A stretch of DNA of 64,000 bases from an uncultured Acidobacteriaceae bacterium (GCA_963816335.1 CAWFKA010000009.1:360392-424391); one strand, 5' to 3'. Shown: positions 20,592-31,506, counted from the stretch's first letter. Program-made: numbers and translations. The notes: a model not told the origin generated them from the sequence alone.

Positions 20592-23500
20592 TCACAGCAC
20601 CTGCGCCGCGAACAATGCGTGATGCGCAAGAATGAAGAGCGTGCGGTGATCCGAACCTCCGAAGATCAGCTGCAAAGGTCGCTCCGGCACATCGATCTCG
20701 GCAATCTGGTGACCGTCCGGCGCGTAGACGAAGATTTGCCCGTTGGCCACGTAAACGTTCCCGCGCGTGTCCACGGCCACGCTCTCGCCTCCTCGTTGCG
20801 CGAACGGCTTCAGCTCCGCGAGTGTCCCGTCCGGTTTGACCGTCGCGCTGTAGGTAATGTCCTCAGATTCGCTGCTGACATACACCCGCTGTCCCGGCTC
20901 TGCGACCAGGAACCCATAAGTATCGAGGTTGTCGCTGAATCGCCAGCCGGATGTGTCATTCGCCGGACCTTGCTGGAACACCCGGCCGGCGGGCAGAAAC
21001 ACGCTGCCATCTTGCAGAGACGTATTCGCGCGTCTTGGGCGTGCTCGCATCCGCGGCAAACATCTCCGCCAGCGTCGTGAAACGCATTGTCTCCAAGTTC
21101 AACTGGTCTTTGAATTCACCATTGTTCCACCAGTTCACCGGAAGAATCACGGCGGCTCTGCCGTGAGACTGTACAGGCTGCGGCTGTCAGCACCGTCAGT
21201 TCTTCGGCTGAGGTTCCCGGCTGGAACGTGTACACGGTGCTCTCCGGCCCAGCAGACGAAACCACCAGCAGGTTGCCTGATTTGTCGAACGCCAGGTTCA
21301 CCGGGTCGAGCGGATTGTCGCGTTCCACCGTGAGTCCTTCCTTCTCGGACCAGCCATAGATGCGCTGGTTGTGGTGGTCTACGAAATAGAGCTTGCCTGC
21401 GGCATCCACGGCTGCACCAGAAATAGAGAAGAAACCGTCCTCCAGCTTTTTCACGGTCGTTCCCTTCTCCAGCACAGCGGAGGCATCACTCTGCTGCGGC
21501 TGCTGCGGATCAGCCGGAATGTCCAGCACTGCGAACTCGCGTTCACGCACCTCGAGATGATGCGTCATATCCTCGATTGCATTCTCGTAAGGGAACTTGC
21601 TTAGGCGCAGGAAGGTGCCGCAGCCATTCGCGTCGCAAATGCCATACCCGCTCTCCGCGTTCACATGCACGTTGCGGAAGTGGATATCCGACGATCGATA
21701 GATGCGCACAGCCGCCGGAAACGGAGCCCGCGAACGCGTTACGCGATAGCCGTGATAGTTCGCAATCGTGAGATTGCGGCAGTCATCCATCTCCAGGGAA
21801 AGCGATTCAGGGCTCTCCCCAGCCTCCTCTTCGGTCTGCGGCGCGTTGATGTCCCAGTTCTCCACGTGATCGAACTTGATCTCGTTGCGCACGTGATGCT
21901 CGTTCGACAACTCGTACACATGCCCGGGTGTCTTCGTGTTCGATACCAGAAAGCCTGCCTGCGCAAACGTGTTTGGCGTCCAGATGTCTGCGAATGTTCC
22001 TCCGCCTCCATCCGCAACCCAGAGGCTGGGATACTGCCCGTCCCAGCGCTTGCGCAGGTCGGAATCAGCCGTGTGGTTGTTGTTGTAAGGATTGCTGCCG
22101 CTGCCGTGGCCGCCGAGAAAGCGCACGTCGTCAATCAGCGACTGCTCGCCCGCCTTCCACAGCACGGCTACCGCACGCGGGTTGATGCCGCCCGCGAATA
22201 CTCCGATTCCGCTGACGATGTTCTTTCCGCCTGGCGGAGCGAAGAAGCACGGCCTTCGGCGCGCCCACTCCCTGGTATTCAGGCGTCTCATCCAGCAGGT
22301 CAATCTGCGTGAGCGTGGGATGCAGCGCGATGAGCACGGTGTCGGGCCTGAGCGTAAGGCGTGTCGCGCACCACGTAATGCCCGCCGGGAAGATAGAGGA
22401 CGCGATGCGCATGGATGGCTTGCTGCAACGCAGCAGTGTCGTCGGTTGTCCCATCGCCCTTCACTCCCAGCGTGTGCACGTTCACCCATTCACTGCTTGG
22501 CGGTAGCGCTGGAATCGCGGGCGGAAGTGCCGCGGGTAAGGAGGAGAGCGGTGCAGCCTCATACCGCATGCCGATGGACCCCATCCGCCCTTCGCCCGGC
22601 ACGATCAACCCGTAAGCTGAAGTTCTTCACCGCGTAAACTGCGCCTTTTCCTGCAACCGTCTTGCCGCTCTCGCGCAGTTTGGCGAAGATCGGTACGTTG
22701 CTCAGTACTGCGTTCTCGAATCCGATCTCCGTTAACGGGCTTTTCTCCAGGCTGATCGTCACGACCGGCCCGCTGATATTCTAGAAAGCGCGAATCCTTC
22801 ACCCAAAGCTGATCAGGATAGCCCTCGTCGATGTCGATCGCCTTCGGCACATCGCGAAACGTATCGCGGATCAACGTCAACCCGGCTTCATGCTCGCGGA
22901 TGGCCGCTTCGCTTTGCCCCTCGAACACCGAGTCAATCAGCGTGAACTGCCAGGCCGGCGAGGTCTTCTCCGTGAGAATTCCGTAGCGCCCTCCGTAGAA
23001 GCGCAGGTCCTCCGCCTCATTGCCCGCCTGGTAGACCCCGGCCAGCCTGAGCCCAGGTGAAAATCCATGTGAGTCAGAAATGAGTGTTGCGCCACGTGAA
23101 AGCGCACCGCCACCGCAGCAGGATTACCGTCTCCGATCTCGAAGTCGATGTTGCTCATCGCCGAATAGAACGTATTCGGATTGGCATCGGCCACGTTGTT
23201 GTTCGGCGGTACCGATCCTGGAGGAGGAAACGCAATGCGATCTCCGGCCCGCAGACCGCTCGTGAGGTGTGAGGCCCGTGAACATCACCATCACGCCCAT
23301 ACCCTTCTGGAAGCCTGGCGTATTCGGCGGAAGCACGAACACCGGGCGCGTGGCGCCATATCCGATGAGCCGCACGCCCGGCCAGAGAATAGACGGTGCG
23401 CGTGATGGTGTAACGGCCGGCCGGGACAAACACGATGCCCTCGCGCCCGGTGCCCGATGCCTTGTCGATGGCTGCCTGCAGCGCGGCGGAACTGTCCGCA

Positions 23501-23637
23501 TTCGTCGCAGGGGGATCCACATAAATGGCCTTGGGGTCGTCGAGACGGGTAGTGATAACGGATGCGGCGAAAGCCGCCGGGCAAAAGCACAGCGTGACGG
23601 CGACCAGTACAGCTTTCTTCATGGGGCTCCCGGGCAA
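20592..23637 (-). pseudogene. secreted beta-helix glycosidase-like protein (two Pectate_lyase_3/GH55-like modules) fused to an SMP-30/gluconolactonase-like domain, multiply frameshifted
   Basis: Signal peptide plus NADSSAALQAAIDKASGTGREGIVFVPAGRYTI, and a second module VKGDGTTDDTAALQQAIHAHRVLYLPGGHYVV. The C-terminus reads GKLYFVDHHNQRIYGW...GNVYVANGQIFVYAPDGH. The pieces are distributed over at least 7 ORF fragments in different frames. Confidence 0.7.
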
Positions 23638-23762
23638 GGTGAGAGCTGAACTGCGGAATCCAGCATACCGGAACCGTTACGCCAGCCGGGATCGAATTGC
23701 AGCAGCGCGCGTGCTAACATCCACTCATTCGGCTCGCCACGGCTTGAGCCGCGGAGGTCGAG

Positions 23763-24654
23763 ATGAGTCCAATCACACGGCGTAGTTTCCTCAAAACAGG
23801 TCTGGCCGCCGGAGCCATGGCGACCGTAGGAACTCTTCCGCTGGTCGCCGCCAGGCGCACTGCGACCGATACCGTGGTGCTGGGCCGCTCCAAGGTGGAA
23901 GTGACGCGGCTGGCCTTCGGAACCGGGACGGACGGCGGTGCGGTGCAGGCCGCGCTCGGGCAGCAGGAGTTCACGCGGCTGGTGCATTATGCATACGATC
24001 ACGGCATCCGCTTCTTCGAGACGGCGGAGGCTTACCAGACGCCGGCAATGCTGGGCGAGGCACTGAAAGGCTTGCCGCGCGATAGCTATCAACTGATGAG
24101 CAAGGTGACTACGTTCCACGAGGGCATTGATCCGCAGGCAAAGTTCGACGAGCTGCGGCGCACTCTCGCAGACCGAGTACTTTGACATCATGTTGCTGCA
24201 CTGGCAACACACGGCTGACTGGCCGGAGACCACGAAACGCTGGCAGGATGGGATCCTTGAAGCGCAGCAGAGAAAGATCGTCCGCACGCATGGCGCCTCG
24301 GTGCACGGACTGCCGGCGTCTGCGCCAGATGCCGGGCACCAAGTGGCTCGACGTGGGATTGATCCGCATCAACCACAATGGGGCGCGCATGGACGGGCCG
24401 ACCTACGAGGACACCAACCACCCCGCCAACGTGAGCGAAGTGGTCGATCATATCCACCGTTGAAGAATGAAGGGCTCGGTGTGATCGGCATGAAGCTGTG
24501 CGGCGGCGGGCAGTTCCAGAATAGTCATGACGACCGAGTGAAGGCGATGAGGTTCGCTTTCCAGAATGCAGGGGTGGACAGCGCGACGATCGGCTTCAAG
24601 AGCACGCAGGAGATCGACGAAGCCATCAGCAACATGAACCTGGCGCTTGCGTAA
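23763..24654 (+). pseudogene. Tat-signal aldo/keto reductase, frameshifted
   Basis: MSPITRRSFLKTGLAAGAMA then AKR motifs (GIRFFETAEAYQ). The reading frame breaks near 24170 (an extra nt in CTCGCAG) and again near 24460. The C-terminal part lies in ORF 24127..24654. Confidence 0.7.
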
Positions 24655-25258
24655 GTTTCACGCCAAACACTTATGCAGTGTGACAGGCACAAGTGGGTGC
24701 TCAAGGCGTCAGATGCGATATCTGTAAGGAGTAGAGTTCTCATCGCGATAAGACGGTCGAGCAGGGAGCAAAGCAGGCAGTAAAGATGGCTTTGATCGGT
24801 CCCGACGGTCCGCCTGGTACGTTCACCGACGACGACGGAACGGTGCCTTGGTAGTTTTGAACTGAAAATCTATCCCGCAAGCAATGCATCCGCTTGCGTG
24901 ACAGTCGTCTTTTCGCAAGGCATTCGTTATCGCCACATCGCTAATGGTCTAGTCGAAAGCGGACCGGTCCCGTGAAGTCGGTGTGTGTTGAAGATCCGTC
25001 GCGTTGATTGCTTACTGGCGATATCAGCCGATGCGCTCATTGACCGGTTCAGGTCGATCCAGATGTATTGCACTTGAACGTATACCGGATTTACGGACAA
25101 GGGTGTGGAACGAAGTCCGTCATGACAGCGTTCTTGATGGGCAAATCAATGACGGCTACATTGAAGAAGCGACCAATTTCCGTGGGGCGCGTACACGACT
25201 GAACAGCCAGTACTAAGGCTCCGCAAACGTCAGAAAATGAAAGCATAACGAAGGACTG

Positions 25259-25398
25259 TCGGTACTGTAGCGGTACACACATCAGCTTTTTTCGCTTGCG
25301 TTGGATTGCGCTAAATTACGGTCCGTCAGCTACTTAGCATTACGCTCGATTACGCTATCATTTGCTTTATTTTCATAGACATAGCGTCTTCGCAGGAA
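25259..25398 (+). repeat. conserved att-arm block (type 1, tRNA-proximal arm)
   Basis: TCGGTACTGTAGCGGTACAC... starts exactly 140 nt upstream of the tRNA fragment. A homologous 140-nt block lies at 42991-43130. Confidence 0.7.
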
Positions 25399-25454
25399 AC
25401 TCAAAATCCGCCGATCGCAAGGTCGTGGGGGTTCAACTCCCCCTCCCGGCACCA
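25399..25454 (+). repeat. partial tRNA-Leu copy (anticodon loop to CCA), att core
   Basis: ACTCAAAATCCGCC...GGGGGTTCAACTCCCCCTCCCGGCACCA. There is no 5' half, so it cannot fold as a tRNA. Confidence 0.85.
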
Positions 25455-25526
25455 CTGTATGTACTTGATAAAGTAGCACTTGGGCATCTCTTCGCAGTCA
25501 GTGAGAAGAGATTGACGGCTCTCAGG

Positions 25527-25615
25527 TTTCGCCTAAAATTCGCTTTCGGTACAGTTTCGGTACAGTTAAGCTAGCTATCCTGGGCGTAACTATCTGATCA
25601 GAAGAGACTTTTACG
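25527..25615 (+). repeat. conserved att-arm block (type 1, tRNA-distal arm)
   Basis: TTTCGCCTAAAATTCGCTTTCGGTACAGTTTCGGTACAGTTAAGCTAG... starts 73 nt after the fragment's CCA, the same spacing as at 11700. Confidence 0.7.
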
Positions 25616-25648
25616 AATACAGCAGGCCGGCCGATCCTGATCACGGGG

Positions 25649-26063
25649 ATGCGCGGCGGACCTGGGAGGGTTCGTGACCGGCGCCACCACGGTGATCAAT
25701 GGAGGCTGGTCGCGGAATGGTTCACGGGAACGGTTTGCAGCGACCCTCTGTTCACCGCCCCTGATCGGCGTTGGTTGCCGGCGCCAGTGTCATATTTGAG
25801 CCTGGCGCACACACTGCTTGGCACACCATCCACTTGGGCAAACTTTGATCGTGACCGCCGGTTGCGGATGTGCACAGCGAGAGGGCGGTCCAAGTGAGGA
25901 GATCCATCCAGGAGATGTGATCTGGTTTGCACCCGGCGAGAAGCAATGGCACGGCGCCGCTCCTACGACAGCCATGACGCATATCGCCATTCAGGAGAGG
26001 AAGGATGGCAAGATGGTGGACTGGATGGAGCATGTTTCTGACGAGCAATATCGGAAAGCGTGA
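25649..26063 (+). pseudogene. cupin domain protein with two frameshifts
   Basis: AEWFTGTV..DPLFTAPD (frame a), [13 protein letters not shown] (frame b) and [14 protein letters not shown]...[17 protein letters not shown] (frame c). Both breaks map to short homopolymers (GG and CC). Confidence 0.6.
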
Positions 26064-26066
26064 AAT

Positions 26067-26834
26067 ATGAGTCGTATTTTCATTACCGGCAGCACAGATG
26101 GGCTCGGCTATGCTGCGGCACGGGATCTTATCGAGGATGGCCACGAAGTCCTGCTGCATGCGCGGTCGCAAAGCCGTGCCGATGACCTGGGCGATCTAGC
26201 CTCGCAATCCGCTGGGGTTGTGATCGGCGATCTGAGCAGTGCTGCCGAGACACACAAGGTTGCGGAACAGGTCAGCCGGATCGGTCGAATGGACGCGGTG
26301 ATTCACAACGCGGGCATCTACCGCGTACCGAACCGGAGCGCGACTGACGAAGGTCACGCGAGAACTCTCGCGGTGAATGCGCTGGCGCCTTACATCCTAA
26401 CGGCACAGATCGAGCGTCCTCGCCGCCTGATTTATCTCAGCAGCGGCATGCATCGCAGCGCGAGTTCTTCGCTCGACGACGTGGACTGGCTGAAGCAGAC
26501 GTGGGATCAGACCCAGGCCTATTGTGACAGCAAGCTCTATGTCACAGCGCTCGCGTTTGCGGTTGCTCGGCTGTGGCCTGATGTTCTGAGCAATGCGGTG
26601 GATCCGGGGTGGGTGCCAACCAAGATGGGCGGCGCAGGCGCGACAGACGACCTCGAACTCGGTCACCTGACCCAAACGTGGCTGGCAGTTTGTGACGATG
26701 CTGCTGCCGCGGTGAGTGGCCGGTACTGGCATCATCGCCAGGTGCAAACCCCTGCTGCGCAGGTAACGGATCGTGGCTTCCAGGAGCGGCTCATCGGCAC
26801 ACTGGCCAGATTGAGCGGGGTGAGCTTGCTCTAG
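26067..26834 (+). CDS. SDR family oxidoreductase
   Basis: ITGSTDGLGYAAA Rossmann motif, NAG, and YCDSK catalytic Tyr-x3-Lys. Confidence 0.85.
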   Translation: MSRIFITGSTDGLGYAAARDLIEDGHEVLLHARSQSRADDLGDLASQSAGVVIGDLSSAAETHKVAEQVSRIGRMDAVIHNAGIYRVPNRSATDEGHARTLAVNALAPYILTAQIERPRRLIYLSSGMHRSASSSLDDVDWLKQTWDQTQAYCDSKLYVTALAFAVARLWPDVLSNAVDPGWVPTKMGGAGATDDLELGHLTQTWLAVCDDAAAAVSGRYWHHRQVQTPAAQVTDRGFQERLIGTLARLSGVSLL

Positions 26835-26852
26835 TCTGGCGAACGCCGCGTT

Positions 26853-28217
26853 TCACCAGCAGTTGAGGCGCAGAACGTGGGCCGGTCCGGATTTCATGTC
26901 AATGATCTCTGTGCCGACGACTGCCTCGAAATTGGCTTTGCCTTTGCAGGAAGTATCGCCCGCCAGGATTTTCTCCATCGCGCCTGTGTTGAGCAGTTCG
27001 CTTGCGGCAACTGTCCCGTCGTTTCCCAGACCGGCTTCAATCAACACCGGGACCCCAGTTGTTGGATCATCCATTCGGGCCAGGATTGCATAGTCGCTCT
27101 TCCACTGCGTGAAGGGGACCGAAAGATCGGTGACCCAGGCACGGCTTGCCGGGTTCTGAGAATCGATGATGGAGGCGATGGGCTCCTTCGCTGCTCCGGA
27201 GCCGGGAGGATTTGCAACCTCGATGCGATAGCGCAGGTTCTGAGTCAGACGAAGTGTCCACCTGTTGTCAATGGCGCCGATCAGGATCACGGGCTGCCGG
27301 CGAAGGTCTTCGAGCGACGTCAGCTCGGCTCCCACCACGCGGAATGCAATGCCCTTCTTGCCAAGTTCGCTGGCCATCGAGGAGAGGATCGCAGCATCGT
27401 CGAGCGAAATGATCTGTCGACGAAGCACCAGATTCACAAACCTGTCGCGGTCAGGGGATTGATCCAGCGCGAGCGGTTGCAGGTTATGCGTATCGATGCA
27501 GACGAGAACAGGAACCTTTGCATGCACGAAGGCGGCCCAGAGATCGGGACTGGTGTTTGCCTCTGTTCCCTTCCATATCCAGAATGCTGCGAAGCTGGCG
27601 GCGATCAGAACAAAGAGGATCGAATACAAGATTAGCCTGCGTAGCGCCTGACGCCCGGGTTTACTGACCGCCACGAACGGCTCCTGACCGGTAGTCGGGA
27701 TGGGGATCCTTGCGGCATTTGGATGCAGGTCAATCGCATCCGCACCCAACACGGGCTCGGGCTCTACAGCGTCTGCAGAAACAGCCGGTTTCTCAACCTG
27801 ATGCGAAGGTTGGATTCCAACCTGGCGCGACGGCTGAATTCGAAACTCCGGTACGTACGATCCTCTGGGAAGATCAATCTGAACCAGATGTGACTGGGGC
27901 GATTCCTGGTAAAACTGGCCGATGCGCTTGCGAACTTCATTGGCGGTTACTCGAACGATCGAATCATCGCCGGTGTCGTAATCGTTAGCACGCTCAAAGA
28001 CGTTAATCCCAATCGTCCGTTCTTTGAGGTGACTGGCATGCCCCGACAGCGTCTGCTCCACGACGTAATTCAGGAATCGTTTGCAGCGGCCGCTTTGAAC
28101 GAAGATGGGGGTCACCAGCATTGCTTCGAGCTCTGCCCTGACCGCCGCCTGGAACTCCTCACCGAACGGACCAGCTTTCGCTCTTATCGGTTCCGAACTG
28201 TTTGCGGCCCGCGGCAT
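26853..28217 (-). CDS. ToxR/CadC-like membrane-anchored regulator (degenerate OmpR-type winged helix, one TM, periplasmic domain of unknown family)
   Basis: N-terminal FLNYVVEQTLSG..LKERTIGINVFER..DYDTGDDSIVRVTANEVRKRIGQFY...DLPRGSYVPEF follows the Trans_reg_C pattern. The TM segment is LILYSILFVLIAASFAAFWIW. The start is taken at the ATG at 28217. Confidence 0.55.
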   Translation of the reverse strand: MPRAANSSEPIRAKAGPFGEEFQAAVRAELEAMLVTPIFVQSGRCKRFLNYVVEQTLSGHASHLKERTIGINVFERANDYDTGDDSIVRVTANEVRKRIGQFYQESPQSHLVQIDLPRGSYVPEFRIQPSRQVGIQPSHQVEKPAVSADAVEPEPVLGADAIDLHPNAARIPIPTTGQEPFVAVSKPGRQALRRLILYSILFVLIAASFAAFWIWKGTEANTSPDLWAAFVHAKVPVLVCIDTHNLQPLALDQSPDRDRFVNLVLRRQIISLDDAAILSSMASELGKKGIAFRVVGAELTSLEDLRRQPVILIGAIDNRWTLRLTQNLRYRIEVANPPGSGAAKEPIASIIDSQNPASRAWVTDLSVPFTQWKSDYAILARMDDPTTGVPVLIEAGLGNDGTVAASELLNTGAMEKILAGDTSCKGKANFEAVVGTEIIDMKSGPAHVLRLNCW

Positions 28218-28407
28218 CTCGTACTCGCAACTCCTCTTTACCCGGTGCCCCAGAATCTTAACAGAGCGCGGGTTTCTGACCCTCCACACCCCCGACAGAG
28301 CCCTTAACCTCACAGGCTGCTGAGACTGATTCCAAAGGGCTTCAATGCTGAATCCCCGTAACGTCTTGTGTCCAACCGTTTAGAACCTTGTTGATCGTCA
28401 ACTCGCC

Positions 28408-30153
28408 GTGCAGCTTAGAGGAGAACGCGGAGGGCCTGGTCCAGTGCTGACACGATGGAATATCTCACGCAGGAATTTCCTGTTACAGGGTTCAATGGCG
28501 CTCACGAGCGGTGCCGCGTTGAGCCGTTATGCCAAGGCGGTTGAAACCGCAGGCCAAGAGCATGTCGAAGTCGAGACGACCTATGGCCGCATTCGCGGGC
28601 TACGGACGAATGGTCTTCAGACCTTCAAAGGCATTCCGTATGGCGGTCCTGTTTCGGGTGCACATCGTTTCAAGGCCGCGCCACCGCTGCAACCCTGGAC
28701 CGGCGTCCGCGACGCACTCAAAGGCGGCGCGCCTTCGCTGCAATCGCCATTGAGACCTTACTACGGCATTAGCGAGGGATTGCCTGCGGAAGACTGCCTC
28801 TTTCTAAATGTCTGGACCCCGGCAGCCGACGGACAAAAGCGCCCCGTCATGTTTTACAGCCACGGGGGCGGATTTAGCGTTGGATCAGGAAGCGCTCCGT
28901 ACCAGGACGGCGGCACGCTGGCGCGTACGTGGGACGTGGTTGTGGTCGAAACGAATCACCGGCTCGGCCTGATGGGCTTTCTTTTTCTCGGCGACCTGGC
29001 TGGCGAAGAGTACGCTACCTCCGGCAACCAGGGCCTGCTTGACATCTGTGACGGGCTCAAGTGGGTGCACCAGAACATCGGGCGCTTTGGCGGCGATCCT
29101 GACAACGTAATGATCTTTGGCGAGAGCGGCGGGGGCGCGAAAACTTCCTGCCTCTACGCGATGCCCGCGGCGGCGCCTTACTTCAATAAGGCATCGATCG
29201 AGAGCGGCCCGGGCGTCCGCATGATGCCGCGCGATATGGCGACAGAAACCACAATCATGGTCCTGAAGGAACTCGGGCTGACAAAGACCGATTGGCGGAA
29301 GCTGCTCGAGGTGTCCGGAGACAAGCTTCTTGATATTCAGGTTGCTTTGGGCAAGCGCCCCGGCGGCCCGTTGACGATGAGCGGCGGACGCAAGGGGATA
29401 GGAGGCGGGGGACGTCCTGGCGGCTTTGGTCCGGTGGTGGATGGCAGCATACTGCCTCACCATCCTTTCGATCCGAACGCACCGGCAATCTCGAAAGACA
29501 AGCCGTTGATGGTGGGTTACAACCGCGATGAGACGATCTTTTTCTTCATGGAATCCCATAATACCGACGTCTTCAACCTGACTGAGGCCTCGCTGAAGGA
29601 CCGCCTGCAGAAGGAGTTCGGGGAGCACGCGGACGAAGTCTACATCGCGTACCACAAGAGCCGTCCTGAAGCTTCTCCCACGGACCTGTATATCGCGATC
29701 AGTACGGCGCGGATGATCGGCTTCGGTTCGATCACCATTGCCGAACGCAAGTTCGCTCAGCACGGTGCGCCCGTTTACTCCTACATCTTCACCTACGAGT
29801 CGGAACGCATCGTTCCGGGCACGCAGCACAAGGTTGGCGCGGCGCACGCGCTCGAGATCGCCTACAAGTTCGACCTGATCGAGCCCACGGACAAACCTTC
29901 GACAGGAGATCCTGCGCAAACGGCCACCCGCACGATGATGGATACCGGACCGGCCAGCGTAAAGACGGCGGAGAACATGAGCCAGATGTGGAGCACCTTT
30001 GCGAGAACCGGCAAGCCGGGCGCAAAAGGTCAACCGGCGTGGCCAGCCTACGACACCACACGACGGGCGACGATGATGATCAATGCCGAATGCAAAGTGG
30101 TCGATGATCCGTTCAGCCTGGAAAGGAATTTCTGGGAGCGAATGGAGCCTTGA
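28408..30153 (+). CDS. type-B carboxylesterase/lipase family protein with Tat-like signal
   Basis: SRRNFLLQGSMALTSGAAL; EDCLFLNVWTP; the nucleophile elbow FGESGGG; typical length. Confidence 0.9.
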   Translation: MQLRGERGGPGPVLTRWNISRRNFLLQGSMALTSGAALSRYAKAVETAGQEHVEVETTYGRIRGLRTNGLQTFKGIPYGGPVSGAHRFKAAPPLQPWTGVRDALKGGAPSLQSPLRPYYGISEGLPAEDCLFLNVWTPAADGQKRPVMFYSHGGGFSVGSGSAPYQDGGTLARTWDVVVVETNHRLGLMGFLFLGDLAGEEYATSGNQGLLDICDGLKWVHQNIGRFGGDPDNVMIFGESGGGAKTSCLYAMPAAAPYFNKASIESGPGVRMMPRDMATETTIMVLKELGLTKTDWRKLLEVSGDKLLDIQVALGKRPGGPLTMSGGRKGIGGGGRPGGFGPVVDGSILPHHPFDPNAPAISKDKPLMVGYNRDETIFFFMESHNTDVFNLTEASLKDRLQKEFGEHADEVYIAYHKSRPEASPTDLYIAISTARMIGFGSITIAERKFAQHGAPVYSYIFTYESERIVPGTQHKVGAAHALEIAYKFDLIEPTDKPSTGDPAQTATRTMMDTGPASVKTAENMSQMWSTFARTGKPGAKGQPAWPAYDTTRRATMMINAECKVVDDPFSLERNFWERMEP

Positions 30154-30277
30154 GACACGCAGGTGAGTCTCTTCTGATCGAACCTGTCGAGTTGTCTAGT
30201 TTCGTTGTTTGCCGTCCGGGTCCCGGCGTGTTGCCGGTTTCCCGCCCATTGGCCGCAAGACACTGAAAGGAATTTTA

Positions 30278-30856
30278 ATGAGCAAACGTTTCTCATGCAT
30301 TTTCGGACTATTGCTTCTGTCTGCCTCATTGACACAAGCTCAGTCTTCTACTTGGACACCGGATAAAGCTCATAGCGGAGTGGATTTTTCCATTCTGCAC
30401 ATGAGTCTCTCTCAGGTGCGAGGTCACTTCGGAAACATTGGAGGCACTATCGTCCTCGATGAATCCGATATCACGAAATCGACAGTTAAGGTGACAATCG
30501 ACGTGAATACGGTCGACACTGGCGTTGCAGGGAGAGACGGCGATTTGAAGAGCCCGAACTTCTTCGATGTTGCCCAGTATCCGACCGCAACGTTTGTCAG
30601 CACAGCCGTCGTAAAGAATGGCAACGGGCTGATGGTTTCAGGAAATCTGACGCTGCACGGCGTTACCAAACCTGTAGTCCTCCAAGTGGAGGGCCCCACC
30701 GGACCAGTGCCTGGAATGGATAAGAAGCCTCACTCCGGGTTCTCAGCTACAACGACGATTAGCCGCACGGCATTCGGAATCGCTGCGAAATATCCGTCCG
30801 CGGTTGTGGGCGACGAAGTTAAGTTGACCATCGACCTTGATGTGGCAAAACAGTAG
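30278..30856 (+). CDS. YceI family periplasmic protein
   Basis: Signal peptide MSKRFSCIFGLLLLSASLTQAQS and YceI pattern (DKAHSGVDFSILHM...TLHGVTKPV). The start ATG at 30278 is preferred over the track start. Confidence 0.85.
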   Translation: MSKRFSCIFGLLLLSASLTQAQSSTWTPDKAHSGVDFSILHMSLSQVRGHFGNIGGTIVLDESDITKSTVKVTIDVNTVDTGVAGRDGDLKSPNFFDVAQYPTATFVSTAVVKNGNGLMVSGNLTLHGVTKPVVLQVEGPTGPVPGMDKKPHSGFSATTTISRTAFGIAAKYPSAVVGDEVKLTIDLDVAKQ

Positions 30857-31029
30857 TAAGTGAATGAGCACTCCGATTGATTTACTGCGATTGCAGCGAT
30901 CGCTGACGCAGTAGGCCAGCGATCGCTCATCGCCCCATGTTGCTCCCATCCGATGGAAACGCGGGCAGTCTGCCGATCCACATCGGGCCCTGGCTAGCCA
31001 GAATCTGCTTGAGGCAATGGAGAATAAGA

Positions 31030-31506
31030 ATGTGCTCTACCCTTTTTGTCGCCGCTGCTGTTTGCCTTGCAGGAGCGATTGCTTCTGCTCAAGACCCGGT
31101 CGTGCCCGCTGCCAATGTTGAGGTTCTTTTCAAGGACCATTACGCAAAGCTGAACGAAAACAAGCAGGTGGTTTATCACATCGTTCGGGACCTGCTGCAA
31201 TGCAAGCGCTGGAATGAGGCCGACAAATGGCTGACCGAGCGCTACATTCAACACAATCCCGTCATACCCTCTGGCAGGGCTGCAATCGTACAACTGTTCG
31301 GAAACGGTCCCGTCCCCGGGACTTGCGACGAAAAGATCGATGCCCCGATCGTCGCTGTTCTGGCCGACGGCGATCTCGTCACCGTGGTCACGGTCGCCAA
31401 TCTCAAAGATTCAAAGGGAGAGACCTACAGAACAACGTGGTTTGACATGTGGAGAATTGTCGGCGGCAAAGCCGATGAACACTGGGATCCGATGGTAAAA
31501 CGCTAG
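31030..31506 (+). CDS. SnoaL-like / NTF2-fold protein, secreted
   Basis: Signal peptide MCSTLFVAAAVCLAGAIASAQ. ERYIQHNP...FDMWRIVGGKADEHWD is typical of the SnoaL-like family. Confidence 0.65.
   Translation: MCSTLFVAAAVCLAGAIASAQDPVVPAANVEVLFKDHYAKLNENKQVVYHIVRDLLQCKRWNEADKWLTERYIQHNPVIPSGRAAIVQLFGNGPVPGTCDEKIDAPIVAVLADGDLVTVVTVANLKDSKGETYRTTWFDMWRIVGGKADEHWDPMVKR

Larger units (their letters stand above)
11628..25454. mobile_element. inferred integrated island E1 (integrase-less, heavily decayed), bounded by the tRNA-Leu gene and the first partial tRNA copy
   Basis: Bounded by direct repeats of the tRNA 3' half plus conserved arms (see repeats at 11700, 25259, 25399). Confidence 0.5.

Noticed and set aside
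20296-20595. 99-aa minus-strand ORF with CLSVCPAGEE (Fe-S-like?)
   Set aside because: It overlaps the 3' end of the propeller gene, has no complete Cys motif, and lies downstream of the stop of the SMP-30-like pseudogene. It is likely non-coding.
28885-30033. 382-aa ORF on the minus strand
   Set aside because: It is antisense to the carboxylesterase gene and has Arg/Ala-rich shadow-frame composition.
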